DNA of 64,000 nt from Candidatus Hydrogenedens sp. (GTDB taxonomy: Bacteria; Hydrogenedentota; Hydrogenedentia; Hydrogenedentales; Hydrogenedentaceae). Shown here piece after piece: positions 49,926 to 59,043 of this stretch; the stretch's first letter is position 1; the number at the start of each line of letters is the position of its first letter. The DNA is taken from the NCBI GenBank assembly GCA_049968235.1, contig JBMFRC010000001.1:288001-352000 (forward strand), written 5' to 3'. The translations under genes were made by a program, and so were the position numbers. The notes under the pieces were generated by a model that was given only the letters and a program-made list of their open reading frames with translations, ran no database searches and was not told the origin of the DNA.

Positions 49926-52184
49926 ATGCATTTCTGGCTGATTAATGACAATGTTTTATTAAAATCTTCCCGTGCAGACATCGGTGGAAAAGGCTGGGGG
50001 CTGGTTCGATTAAAATTACAGGGATTAAATGTGCCACCTTTCGGAATAATCAGCACAGAAGGTGTGAAATATAAACTCTGGAAAACCGATACAGATTTTC
50101 AAAATGCAATAATGGCATGGTGTAAAGAGATATGGGATTGTTCCATAAGTAAGAAAGTAATCGTCCGCTCATCTGCATGTGAGGAAGACCATCAACATCA
50201 TTCTTTTGCAGGAAAGTTTTTAACAGAGGTTATAACAAAGCCAGAAGAACTTGTTCCAACACTGGACAGGATAGCCAAACATTATGCTTTAACTATAAAA
50301 ATGGATACGGGGAATTTTTCTGAAGGTCCCCATGGACTTGCAATTATTCTCCAGGAGTTTGTCAGTGGTGAAATCTCCGGCGTATGCTTTTCGACCCGAC
50401 CTATGAATGCAAATCCTCAACAAGTATATTGTGAAGTAGTAAATGGTGAAAATAAGTTGTTGGTTGATGGGGAAATACAACCCACTCGGATACTTTTTTA
50501 TCCCTCCACCGCAGAATTGATAGATTTTCAGGAAGGTTCTAATGGACCTGAATCAATACCTGAAGAATTATTAATAGAATTATCTCATGGGCTAATGAAG
50601 ATGGAATGGGATTACCGCACTGCAGTGGATATGGAATGGACATGGAATGGTAACAAGGTATGGTTTTTACAGATTCGCCCAATTACAAAGGTAACTCCTT
50701 CCCATAATTTATATCCAAAGGAATGTGCTACTTGCTGGTTTTTTGACCAACGTTTTATTGAACCGATTACAACTATTACCCAAACCACACTTATTCCGTT
50801 AATCCTGAGAAAGGCAATCACAGAGGGACTTAACATGCGACGAAAAAATACCCCCATTGAACCGTATTACTTTGGGGGTCAGGTGTATATCCCCCATCGG
50901 GCTTACTTCGATTTACTGGAGGGTTGTCCTAAATGGTGGCTTTCCTCCGATTTAAAACTGTTATTCCCTAATAACTGTGGTTGCCCGCATAAAAAAAAGA
51001 ACTTCCTGGGAATAGAATTCTGGCTGGATGCTTTTCGTTCATTGTTAAAACACTGGCGTGATGCTATTTTTGTGTTATGTCGCTGGGGACAATGGAAGAA
51101 GGATTTATCAAAGAAATTAAGTCTGTGGAATAAGGAGGATTTGTCAGAGATTACAACAGATGAATGGGTAACGCAATGGGAGCAATGCCAGAGATTATCC
51201 GAAGAATTTTTAGAAATACATCGCTGGGCAATACTCTGGTCCAGTTATGTATATCGTTTAGGGGGAAAGTATATCGTTCGTGGTAAGGAAAGACAGTATC
51301 CCTCTATTACGACACGGGCAAATCACATATTGACATCTTATTTATTCACCCGTGACATAAAATTATTAGCCCTCCTTCGCACTGAATATTCACACCGCAC
51401 AGAAAGTCTCGATTTTATATCTCCTCGATGGGGAGAATGGCTTTCCGGTGAGGAACAAAATGAATTGTTTAAAACGCAATTATTAGAGGAGAGGAAAGAT
51501 ATTCCATTAACATCACTGCAAACAAGGGAAAAAGCAGGTATTCTGTATCGTATTTTCGCAAAGTTTATACATCTGCGTGAGGAACAACGATTTGAATGGG
51601 AAAAAATATTAAATGTACAGAAAAAATTATTAAAGGAAGCAGGTAAACGATTGGTAGAAAAAGGTATCTTGATGGAGATAAATCAGGTCTGGTTTATAAG
51701 CGGGCTGGAATTAATGGAAGCACTTATAAAGGATAAGCCAATTAATCTAAAAGAAGTTTTGCTACGCCAACATCAATGGTGCGTTGAACATATATTTACA
51801 AAACCATTATTTATCAACGAAGGTGGTTTCATACTATCTACTTCCGAAAAAGATAAAGATACATGGTCAGGCTGGGGTGTGTCCGAAGGAAGAGTAAAAG
51901 GGACTGCCTATGTGAGCAGTAATCCGACTTCACTCCCATCCAATATCGCACATCCTCGTATTCTTGTAACACCTTGTTTAAATCCCGGACAGACATGGTG
52001 TCTGCAATACTGGGACGGTGTTCTATTGGAACGAGGCAGTGAACTGTCTCATCCTGCTATCATTGCACGGGAGATGAATATCCCCATGATTGCGAATTTA
52101 CCTGAGATTACACATAAACTAAACACGGGCGATTTAATTTATATAGATGCAACTTATGGTAAAGTTAGCCGTTTAAAATCTTAA
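49926..52184 (+). CDS. PEP-utilising enzyme family protein: N-terminal PPDK-type ATP-grasp (PEP/pyruvate-binding) domain plus C-terminal phosphohistidine mobile domain (rifampicin-phosphotransferase-like architecture)
   Basis: N-terminus ADIGGKGWGLVRL. The C-terminus has GRVKGTAYV... and ...ILVTPCLNPGQTW...ERGSELSHPAIIAREMNIPMIA (swivel His). There is no PEP-utilising TIM-barrel domain. Confidence 0.65.
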   Translation: MHFWLINDNVLLKSSRADIGGKGWGLVRLKLQGLNVPPFGIISTEGVKYKLWKTDTDFQNAIMAWCKEIWDCSISKKVIVRSSACEEDHQHHSFAGKFLTEVITKPEELVPTLDRIAKHYALTIKMDTGNFSEGPHGLAIILQEFVSGEISGVCFSTRPMNANPQQVYCEVVNGENKLLVDGEIQPTRILFYPSTAELIDFQEGSNGPESIPEELLIELSHGLMKMEWDYRTAVDMEWTWNGNKVWFLQIRPITKVTPSHNLYPKECATCWFFDQRFIEPITTITQTTLIPLILRKAITEGLNMRRKNTPIEPYYFGGQVYIPHRAYFDLLEGCPKWWLSSDLKLLFPNNCGCPHKKKNFLGIEFWLDAFRSLLKHWRDAIFVLCRWGQWKKDLSKKLSLWNKEDLSEITTDEWVTQWEQCQRLSEEFLEIHRWAILWSSYVYRLGGKYIVRGKERQYPSITTRANHILTSYLFTRDIKLLALLRTEYSHRTESLDFISPRWGEWLSGEEQNELFKTQLLEERKDIPLTSLQTREKAGILYRIFAKFIHLREEQRFEWEKILNVQKKLLKEAGKRLVEKGILMEINQVWFISGLELMEALIKDKPINLKEVLLRQHQWCVEHIFTKPLFINEGGFILSTSEKDKDTWSGWGVSEGRVKGTAYVSSNPTSLPSNIAHPRILVTPCLNPGQTWCLQYWDGVLLERGSELSHPAIIAREMNIPMIANLPEITHKLNTGDLIYIDATYGKVSRLKS

Positions 52185-55100
52185 GTTCGAAAGGTCTGAC
52201 TTGTCCAACGGGTGTTCTCTCCTTCGCATACCACTCATAGCAAGTAATAACATGCCCATCAACACAAAATCCAATAGATATTTTAACCAATTGTCTCCAT
52301 CCCTGGATTTATGATTACACCCACAAATTCCAGTATTTTGCCCCTCTCCTTCCCCTTCTCGAGTGCCCTCAACATTCCCTTCCACTATTCCTTCCGGATT
52401 ACCTTCTTGAGTTCCTTCCAGAGTTCCTTCACTAACTACTATACCTGCTTCTGCTTTATCAATATATCCATCCTTATTGGTATCAGCACTATCAAAAGTA
52501 TCTCGGGACAGGGTGGAATATCGTGCCACTGCTTCTTCATAGGAAACTTTCCCATCCTTATTCGTATCCACCAAATCAAAATTTGTTTTTAGGTCATTTA
52601 TGAATTGCTCTACCCCGGTTATGGTAATAGAAGCACCTTTTGCATTAATTACTCCATACCAACTCAGGTCATCTCCAAATTCCCCCTTTATTTTTACTTC
52701 GCGTATTTGAATGTTTATTTTCTTTGATGTCATCGTTGTGGGTTTAAACTTTATTTGTATAATTCGTCCTTTTTCTTTTGTTGTAATGGGTTTTTCGCTA
52801 CTTATTGAAACTTTCAAATAACCCTCACCGACTTCTGTATCCTTCTTAAAGTTGCTGGCAATATCTGCCATGTTTAATCCGTAGAAATTTATACCTTCAT
52901 CATAGGTTAAGAGCAAATCCATTCCCGCAACACCTAATAATGAACTTAATTCTATACCTGTGCGATATTCATTGTTTGAGTCCGGTGTTAGGTTATCTAC
53001 AACAATTTCCACCGTACGATTATTTTCCGTTTCTAACAAGGCTTTTTCCCCAATCACGGTTGAACTCGGATTGATTGGAAGCCCTGCCAATTTACGCAGT
53101 AGTAACGACACATCCGCACAATCTAAAATTCCATCTCCATTAAAATCACCTCTCCGTTTATCACATTCCAAATCAACAATACCTGCTTTGCGAACAATCT
53201 TGCGCAGGAACACAATCGTATCAGACATACCAATGTAACCATCAGTATCCATATCTCCATAGATGCAACGACTACTAATACAATTCGTATCTGGGTTTTC
53301 TTCCAATACATTGAGTTGTCCATGAACCAATTCTACTGGCAATTCCTTCTGCTGGGTATCTTTAATAATAACCTTCTGCAATTTCAGGTCTGTATCCTGA
53401 GCACAACTTCCTGCCACTGTATTCTGTCGCACACGAAAAACCATATCAAAGAGGTGTCCTTCTCCATAAAGCACTTTCTTCTCATTATCAACTCTGGGTC
53501 CCGCATGGAATTTTATAACACCCTGTGTACGGGTATCCGAAACAACCTCAAGATTTCGTGTTACAACCGTTTTTTGAACCTCTACAAGTTCAAGCACTGT
53601 GTTGTTGTAACTCACATTAATATCAATCGTATAGGGTTCCAATCCCCGTACACTGTTTATATTTATCGGTATCTGAATTGTATCCCCACTTCCTTCTGGT
53701 ATCCAATCGATTGTAGGTATCCATACACGTAGCTTACCCGGTTCTGCTTTGACAGGCTCTGTAGGGTCGCTTTGTTGTTGATTGGTAGCAATAGCAATCA
53801 AACGATAATACCATGCCCGAGAGGTATCCACTTCGTTATCTGTGTAATTTGTACCTGTAATAATATTTGAGGAAACAGTAATCCACGGTCCGTTTCGTGT
53901 TTCGCTTCGTTCTAATTGGTATCCTGCAAGATTTCGCTCCACATTAGGCTCCCAGATAAGATAAACATGGTCTATCCCTGAAAAAACCTGCAATCCATGA
54001 GGGGTTGAAATCTTTGTCCCAGCAGGGTCAGGACCATTACTTACAATTAACTCAACCGTTGTTCCGTTCAATACGGAACTTCCTCCAACAGGAGATTGTC
54101 CCATTACAACATTTTGTGAAACGGTATCGCTATACTGCATTACTGTACGGGTCAGCAAACCCGTAGATTGGATTTGCCCTATTGCAGAAGTTATATTCTG
54201 CCCAATAACATCCGGTACCGTGATATATGTGTTTCCAGAACATTGTCCTGTTGAAACCCAAATTGTAACTTCCGCACCTCGATTTACTCCACTATAAGCA
54301 ATTGGTGATTGGCGTATTACCTGCCCCATGGCAACATAATTGTTACATTCCCGTTCCACCTTAACATGCAAATCCGCTATCTGTATTGCCTCATTCGCCT
54401 GCTGTTCGCTTCTCCCTACAACATCTGGAACCAATACACCCGGACATAATCCACTGGATACAGTTAACTGAATATAGGTTCGTGATGAAATTACATCTCC
54501 CGATGATGGGATTTGACTCAGGACATTTCCCTGTGCCACTGTGTTACTACAGTTATAAGTCGTACGGATTCTATTCAGTCCTACACCTTCAAGAGTGTTT
54601 TTTGCTTGTTGTTCTGTCATACCGACCACCCCCGGAATAGTTACGAAGATTTCTCCTTCTCCTGTTCCTTCGCCCTCTCCCTCTCCTATAAGGTCTACAA
54701 TCCATTTAAGTAATGGATAATCTGTCCCTTCATTTGCAACCCATATATTAACAAAATCCCAATCGTTGTATGTTGCTTGCTTATACATTTCTATTGTGGT
54801 TTTTCCTGTTCCACCATCGGAAAACGATGTCCCGGCAGATTGCACATCCCAATAACTGGACACTACTGTTCCTCCATCGTTATACCCAACAAGCCCACCA
54901 ACATATAGTTTCCCCGTAACATTGGCACTGCTATAACAATTACGAATATTTGTTTCAAAAGAATTCTCAGTATTCATTTGGTACCCAACCAATCCACCGA
55001 TAAACGAATTTCCGCCAACAAAGGAATCATAAACAAAACTATCTGTTATATTGCCACCATAATTTATCCCTACAAAACCACCCACTCCATAATCAGCTGT

Positions 55101-57416
55101 TTCGCCATTCACAAGTATTTCACCGGCAACACATCTTAATATTTTCCCCTTATTTCCACCGACGAATCCACCAATACTATCATCTTGGCTTATTCCCGAA
55201 ATATAACTTGCCAGGACACCACATTCCACAATTTCACACTCACTATCAACAACAACACCCGCTATAGCACCCACAAAATAATACCCTGTAAAACTACTTT
55301 CAACAATTATTAAATTTTGAATCTTTCCCGGAGAGGTTACAATCCCAAACAGAGCTGTATAATCCGCCTCAGAATTATCAATATAAAGGTTAGAAATAAT
55401 ATGGTTTTGCCCATTAAAATTACCTCTAAATGGTTTTTCCCATGTTCCTATGGGTCTAAACCCTTTCCCATTATTCCAGTTGACTGTATCACTTGCATCT
55501 ATATCTTGAGTCAAAATATATGAACCAAAAGGTGGATAATCCGGGTCATTCCCTATCTTTTGCAACTCCTCAATACTATCTATTTCAATAGTTGGACAGG
55601 GACCTTTGAAAACGAACAAATATACTTCGCTGTTCTGTATAACTTGTGCTCCACCTTCGGGTGATTGACCTATAACAGTACCCACCGGAGTAATTTCTTC
55701 ACCGCACCCATAATCGACAATTACATGGAAACCCATTTCTTGTAGAGTAGTAACAGCATTTGCTTCTGTCATTCCCATTACATCCGGCATGTTAACATAA
55801 ACACAGCGTCCTGTTGAAACAACAATATATACAGTGCTATCTATTTGCACAACATTTCCTGCAATGGGTTCCTGCTCTATAACAACCCCTTCAGGAATAT
55901 TGTCATCACAACGGTATAGGACATTGGCAGAGAGATTTTGTACCTGAACTGTATTTATAGCGGTAGTTTCATCCATCCCGATAACATCAGGTATTGTTAT
56001 AGAACAGGGTCCTCGTGAAATAAGCAAAGAAATCTCCACATCAGGTAATTCATTTGTGCCCGGTACGGGGTTTTGAGTTATCACTGCCCCAGAAGGAACT
56101 CCATCATGGCAATCATAATATGTAGTGATTGTACCCGTAAACCCGGAGGAACGAAGTAAATTTATAGCTTCTGTCCCATTCATTCCTACAACATTAGGTA
56201 GGGGGATGAAACACGGACCTGTGGACACAATAATGGAAACAGTACCATTAAGCTCAACCGATGCCCCTGCTCCGGGCTGTTGGTCCATAACTACCCCCGC
56301 AGGATATATATTGCTACAACTATAAGACACATCAGCAATCAATCCCAATCCATTTAACATATTAACTGCATTTTCTTCCATCATTCCTAACAAACTTGGA
56401 ACTTCCACCGTATGTTGTATATTTATAACCCATCTCAAATAGGGATAGTCTGTTCCCTCTTCTATACCCCATACATTCGTGAAATCCCAGCCTGCATAAG
56501 TCGCCTGTTGTTTCATTTCTCCCGTAGTTTTCCCTGTTCCACCATCAGAAAAGAACATTTGGGACACAGTCGTATCCCAATAACTGGATGTTACAGTCCC
56601 CCCATCATTAAATCCGATAAGTCCACCTATATACATGGTTCCTGCTACAGCCGAACTACTATAACAATTTGTAACTGTGCCAGTGCTTTTCTTTGAATTT
56701 TCGAGTATTCCAACCAGACCACCGACACCGTATGCTCCTGCTATTGAGGTGATATATGAAGATGAATACACACAACTATTTATAATAACTCCACCTGTAT
56801 TACGACCCACCAATCCACCCACTCCATATTGAGCATAACTATCATAAATTGTCGAATTAGAAACTACACATCTATCTATAACTCCATAATTTCCTCCTAC
56901 CAATCCACCAACACTATTATATATGCTTCCCATCCCTTCAATATCTGAAGAGGCAACTCCACATTCTCTGATTTCTCCCGCCATATTTAATCCAACCAAT
57001 CCCCCGATAAATAAAGAACCTGCGATATTGGAATTAAATAAAATAACATTGTGAACATTCCCGCCGGATATATTTCCAAACAAACCTGCAAATTCAGATT
57101 GTCTATTAATATAAAGATAGTAAATACCATAATTCTGACCATCAAAACTCCCTGTAAATGGATTATTCGTATCCCCTATCGGTTTAAATCCTCTGCCACT
57201 ATCCCAATTAATTGTATCGCTGGCATCTATATCCCGTGTTAATACATAATTCCCGTTAAGTGGATATTCAGGCTCATTCCCTATTCTCTGCAAATCTACA
57301 ATATTGCTTATAGGAATACCTTGTGCGGAAACCAAAATACACATGCAAAAAACAAAAATGGTCAATAGTGATAAAATATAGGTAGATTCTCTCGTAGACA
57401 TTTTACAATACCTCAA
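52173..57416 (-). CDS. giant (1747-aa) secreted surface protein: signal peptide, GLUG-like beta-helix module, 4 PASTA, second GLUG-like module, EG linker, 3 PASTA, Fn3-like, cohesin-like, dockerin, cohesin-like, EF-hand pair, xxEG linker, C-terminal Cys/Gly-motif + TM + basic anchor
   Basis: An intact ORF. Repeated GGLVG motifs occur in two ~300-aa modules that are about 50% identical to each other. There are seven PASTA units (…PDV[IV]GM…). The dockerin is GDMDTDGYIGMSDTIVFLRK…GDFNGDGILDCADVSLLLRKL and the EF-hand pair DTNKDGKVSYEE / DTNKDGYIDKAE. The C-terminus is GICGCNHKS…LLDFVLMGMLLLAMSGMRRRE. Confidence 0.8.
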   Translation of the reverse strand: MRYCKMSTRESTYILSLLTIFVFCMCILVSAQGIPISNIVDLQRIGNEPEYPLNGNYVLTRDIDASDTINWDSGRGFKPIGDTNNPFTGSFDGQNYGIYYLYINRQSEFAGLFGNISGGNVHNVILFNSNIAGSLFIGGLVGLNMAGEIRECGVASSDIEGMGSIYNSVGGLVGGNYGVIDRCVVSNSTIYDSYAQYGVGGLVGRNTGGVIINSCVYSSSYITSIAGAYGVGGLVGILENSKKSTGTVTNCYSSSAVAGTMYIGGLIGFNDGGTVTSSYWDTTVSQMFFSDGGTGKTTGEMKQQATYAGWDFTNVWGIEEGTDYPYLRWVINIQHTVEVPSLLGMMEENAVNMLNGLGLIADVSYSCSNIYPAGVVMDQQPGAGASVELNGTVSIIVSTGPCFIPLPNVVGMNGTEAINLLRSSGFTGTITTYYDCHDGVPSGAVITQNPVPGTNELPDVEISLLISRGPCSITIPDVIGMDETTAINTVQVQNLSANVLYRCDDNIPEGVVIEQEPIAGNVVQIDSTVYIVVSTGRCVYVNMPDVMGMTEANAVTTLQEMGFHVIVDYGCGEEITPVGTVIGQSPEGGAQVIQNSEVYLFVFKGPCPTIEIDSIEELQKIGNDPDYPPFGSYILTQDIDASDTVNWNNGKGFRPIGTWEKPFRGNFNGQNHIISNLYIDNSEADYTALFGIVTSPGKIQNLIIVESSFTGYYFVGAIAGVVVDSECEIVECGVLASYISGISQDDSIGGFVGGNKGKILRCVAGEILVNGETADYGVGGFVGINYGGNITDSFVYDSFVGGNSFIGGLVGYQMNTENSFETNIRNCYSSANVTGKLYVGGLVGYNDGGTVVSSYWDVQSAGTSFSDGGTGKTTIEMYKQATYNDWDFVNIWVANEGTDYPLLKWIVDLIGEGEGEGTGEGEIFVTIPGVVGMTEQQAKNTLEGVGLNRIRTTYNCSNTVAQGNVLSQIPSSGDVISSRTYIQLTVSSGLCPGVLVPDVVGRSEQQANEAIQIADLHVKVERECNNYVAMGQVIRQSPIAYSGVNRGAEVTIWVSTGQCSGNTYITVPDVIGQNITSAIGQIQSTGLLTRTVMQYSDTVSQNVVMGQSPVGGSSVLNGTTVELIVSNGPDPAGTKISTPHGLQVFSGIDHVYLIWEPNVERNLAGYQLERSETRNGPWITVSSNIITGTNYTDNEVDTSRAWYYRLIAIATNQQQSDPTEPVKAEPGKLRVWIPTIDWIPEGSGDTIQIPININSVRGLEPYTIDINVSYNNTVLELVEVQKTVVTRNLEVVSDTRTQGVIKFHAGPRVDNEKKVLYGEGHLFDMVFRVRQNTVAGSCAQDTDLKLQKVIIKDTQQKELPVELVHGQLNVLEENPDTNCISSRCIYGDMDTDGYIGMSDTIVFLRKIVRKAGIVDLECDKRRGDFNGDGILDCADVSLLLRKLAGLPINPSSTVIGEKALLETENNRTVEIVVDNLTPDSNNEYRTGIELSSLLGVAGMDLLLTYDEGINFYGLNMADIASNFKKDTEVGEGYLKVSISSEKPITTKEKGRIIQIKFKPTTMTSKKINIQIREVKIKGEFGDDLSWYGVINAKGASITITGVEQFINDLKTNFDLVDTNKDGKVSYEEAVARYSTLSRDTFDSADTNKDGYIDKAEAGIVVSEGTLEGTQEGNPEGIVEGNVEGTREGEGEGQNTGICGCNHKSRDGDNWLKYLLDFVLMGMLLLAMSGMRRREHPLDKSDLSNLRF

Positions 57417-57649
57417 ACCAATGGAGTGAATATTAATTTTTCTAAAATATATGATAACACATTTCTAAAATATATAATAATACATTAGAAAAAAAATAAA
57501 AAGGATGTCTTACTTATTATTTTTGAGTAGTACAAAATTATTCCCCTGCATCATGTAAGTCATAGAGGCCAAAAACTGACTTTTAAAATATTAATTAATA
57601 AAGAGTATACTAAATCCAAAATTATTATGGACAGGATGTTGTAAGTATT

Positions 57650-58135
57650 ATGTATCACATTCGCAAACCAAAATTATCAGAAGTTATACAATTAAAAACA
57701 TTAATAGATAATGCAGTTAGTAAAGACCTCGTTCTTCCGAGAACTTTAGAGGAACTGTACGAAAATGTTCGTGATTTCTATGTGTATGCAGATGAAAATG
57801 GTCTTGCTGGTTGCGTGTCTCTGCATATTGACATGGAAGACCTTGCAGAGGTAAGAACACTGATTGTTCGTGATGACCTACAGCGGAAAGGTATCGGAAG
57901 AATGTTATTGCACGCTGTTTTGAATGAAGCACGCGAATTGGGTATTCCCAGAGTCTATGTTCTAACACGGTGTCCCGAATTTTTTGAAAAACAGGGTTTT
58001 AAAAAAACCTTATTAGAACAACTTCCTTACAAAATACGAAAAGATTGTGTCCGTTGCCCCAAATATGGAATATCATGCGATGAAGTCCCCATGATTTTGC
58101 ATTTAAATGATAAGAAAAAAGAAAGTTCTCTATGA
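57650..58135 (+). CDS. GNAT family N-acetyltransferase (short ArgA-like amino-acid N-acetyltransferase)
   Basis: GNAT motif A is RKGIGRMLLHAVLNEARELG. The gene overlaps the proC start by 4 nt. Confidence 0.6.
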   Translation: MYHIRKPKLSEVIQLKTLIDNAVSKDLVLPRTLEELYENVRDFYVYADENGLAGCVSLHIDMEDLAEVRTLIVRDDLQRKGIGRMLLHAVLNEARELGIPRVYVLTRCPEFFEKQGFKKTLLEQLPYKIRKDCVRCPKYGISCDEVPMILHLNDKKKESSL

Positions 58136-58971
58136 AAGGAGTATTTATGTCCTCCGATGAAATAAAAAATACTCATTTATCTCTTTTAGGTTTTGGAAAT
58201 ATGGGACAGGCAATTGTAAAAGGGTTATTGCGAAAAAATATCTTTTTACCTTCCCAGATATTTGTGTTCGACCCAGCAGATGATAAACAACAGGATGCAA
58301 AAAACATCCATCTTCAACTGGTTACCCATATAGAAGATTTGCTGAATAATTCAAAAATATTACTTGTTGCGGTAAAACCACAAATGATACAGTCAGCACT
58401 TCAACCATTGATAGCCTCAATAGGAAAAGAGGTATTAATCATTTCTATTGCTGCGGGCATATCTATCCACTATTACAAAAATCTATTGGGGAAATCAGAC
58501 CTCCGGATAGTCCGAACCATGCCAAATACACCTGCCCTGGTCGGAGAAGGAATTACCGCAATTAGTTTTAGCGAACAATGTTCGGAACAGGATAAAATCC
58601 TTGCTCAACGAATATTCCAATCTGTTGGGAAAACTGTTCTCGTTTCAGAGGAACAAATTGATATCGTTACCGCTGTAAGTGGAAGTGGACCTGCCTATTT
58701 CTTTTATTTGTGTGAATGTATGATAGAAGCAGGCAAATCTTTGGGGTTATCCGAAGAAATAGCACTATCTCTGGTTCGACAGACTTTTTATGGTTCTGCA
58801 TCACTTCTCATGAGTGGAGATGATTTGCCAGAGGTTCTCCGTGCTCGTGTAACTTCAAAAGGTGGAACTACAGAATCAGCCATAAAAACGATGGAAGGAA
58901 AAAATCTTAAATCTATTGTTATAGAAGCAATTCATTCCGCATACCATCGTGCCCGGGAACTTGGAAAATAA
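58132..58971 (+). CDS. proC: pyrroline-5-carboxylate reductase
   Basis: LGFGNMGQAI Rossmann fold, then RTMPNTPALVGEG and TSKGGTTESAI, all ProC motifs. Confidence 0.85.
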   Translation: MKGVFMSSDEIKNTHLSLLGFGNMGQAIVKGLLRKNIFLPSQIFVFDPADDKQQDAKNIHLQLVTHIEDLLNNSKILLVAVKPQMIQSALQPLIASIGKEVLIISIAAGISIHYYKNLLGKSDLRIVRTMPNTPALVGEGITAISFSEQCSEQDKILAQRIFQSVGKTVLVSEEQIDIVTAVSGSGPAYFFYLCECMIEAGKSLGLSEEIALSLVRQTFYGSASLLMSGDDLPEVLRARVTSKGGTTESAIKTMEGKNLKSIVIEAIHSAYHRARELGK

Positions 58972-59043
58972 TGTAGAGATAATAAGAAACGAGACGCTCA
59001 AGAATGATACAATTTATACAATAATCGTATTTGAGGTCAATCC

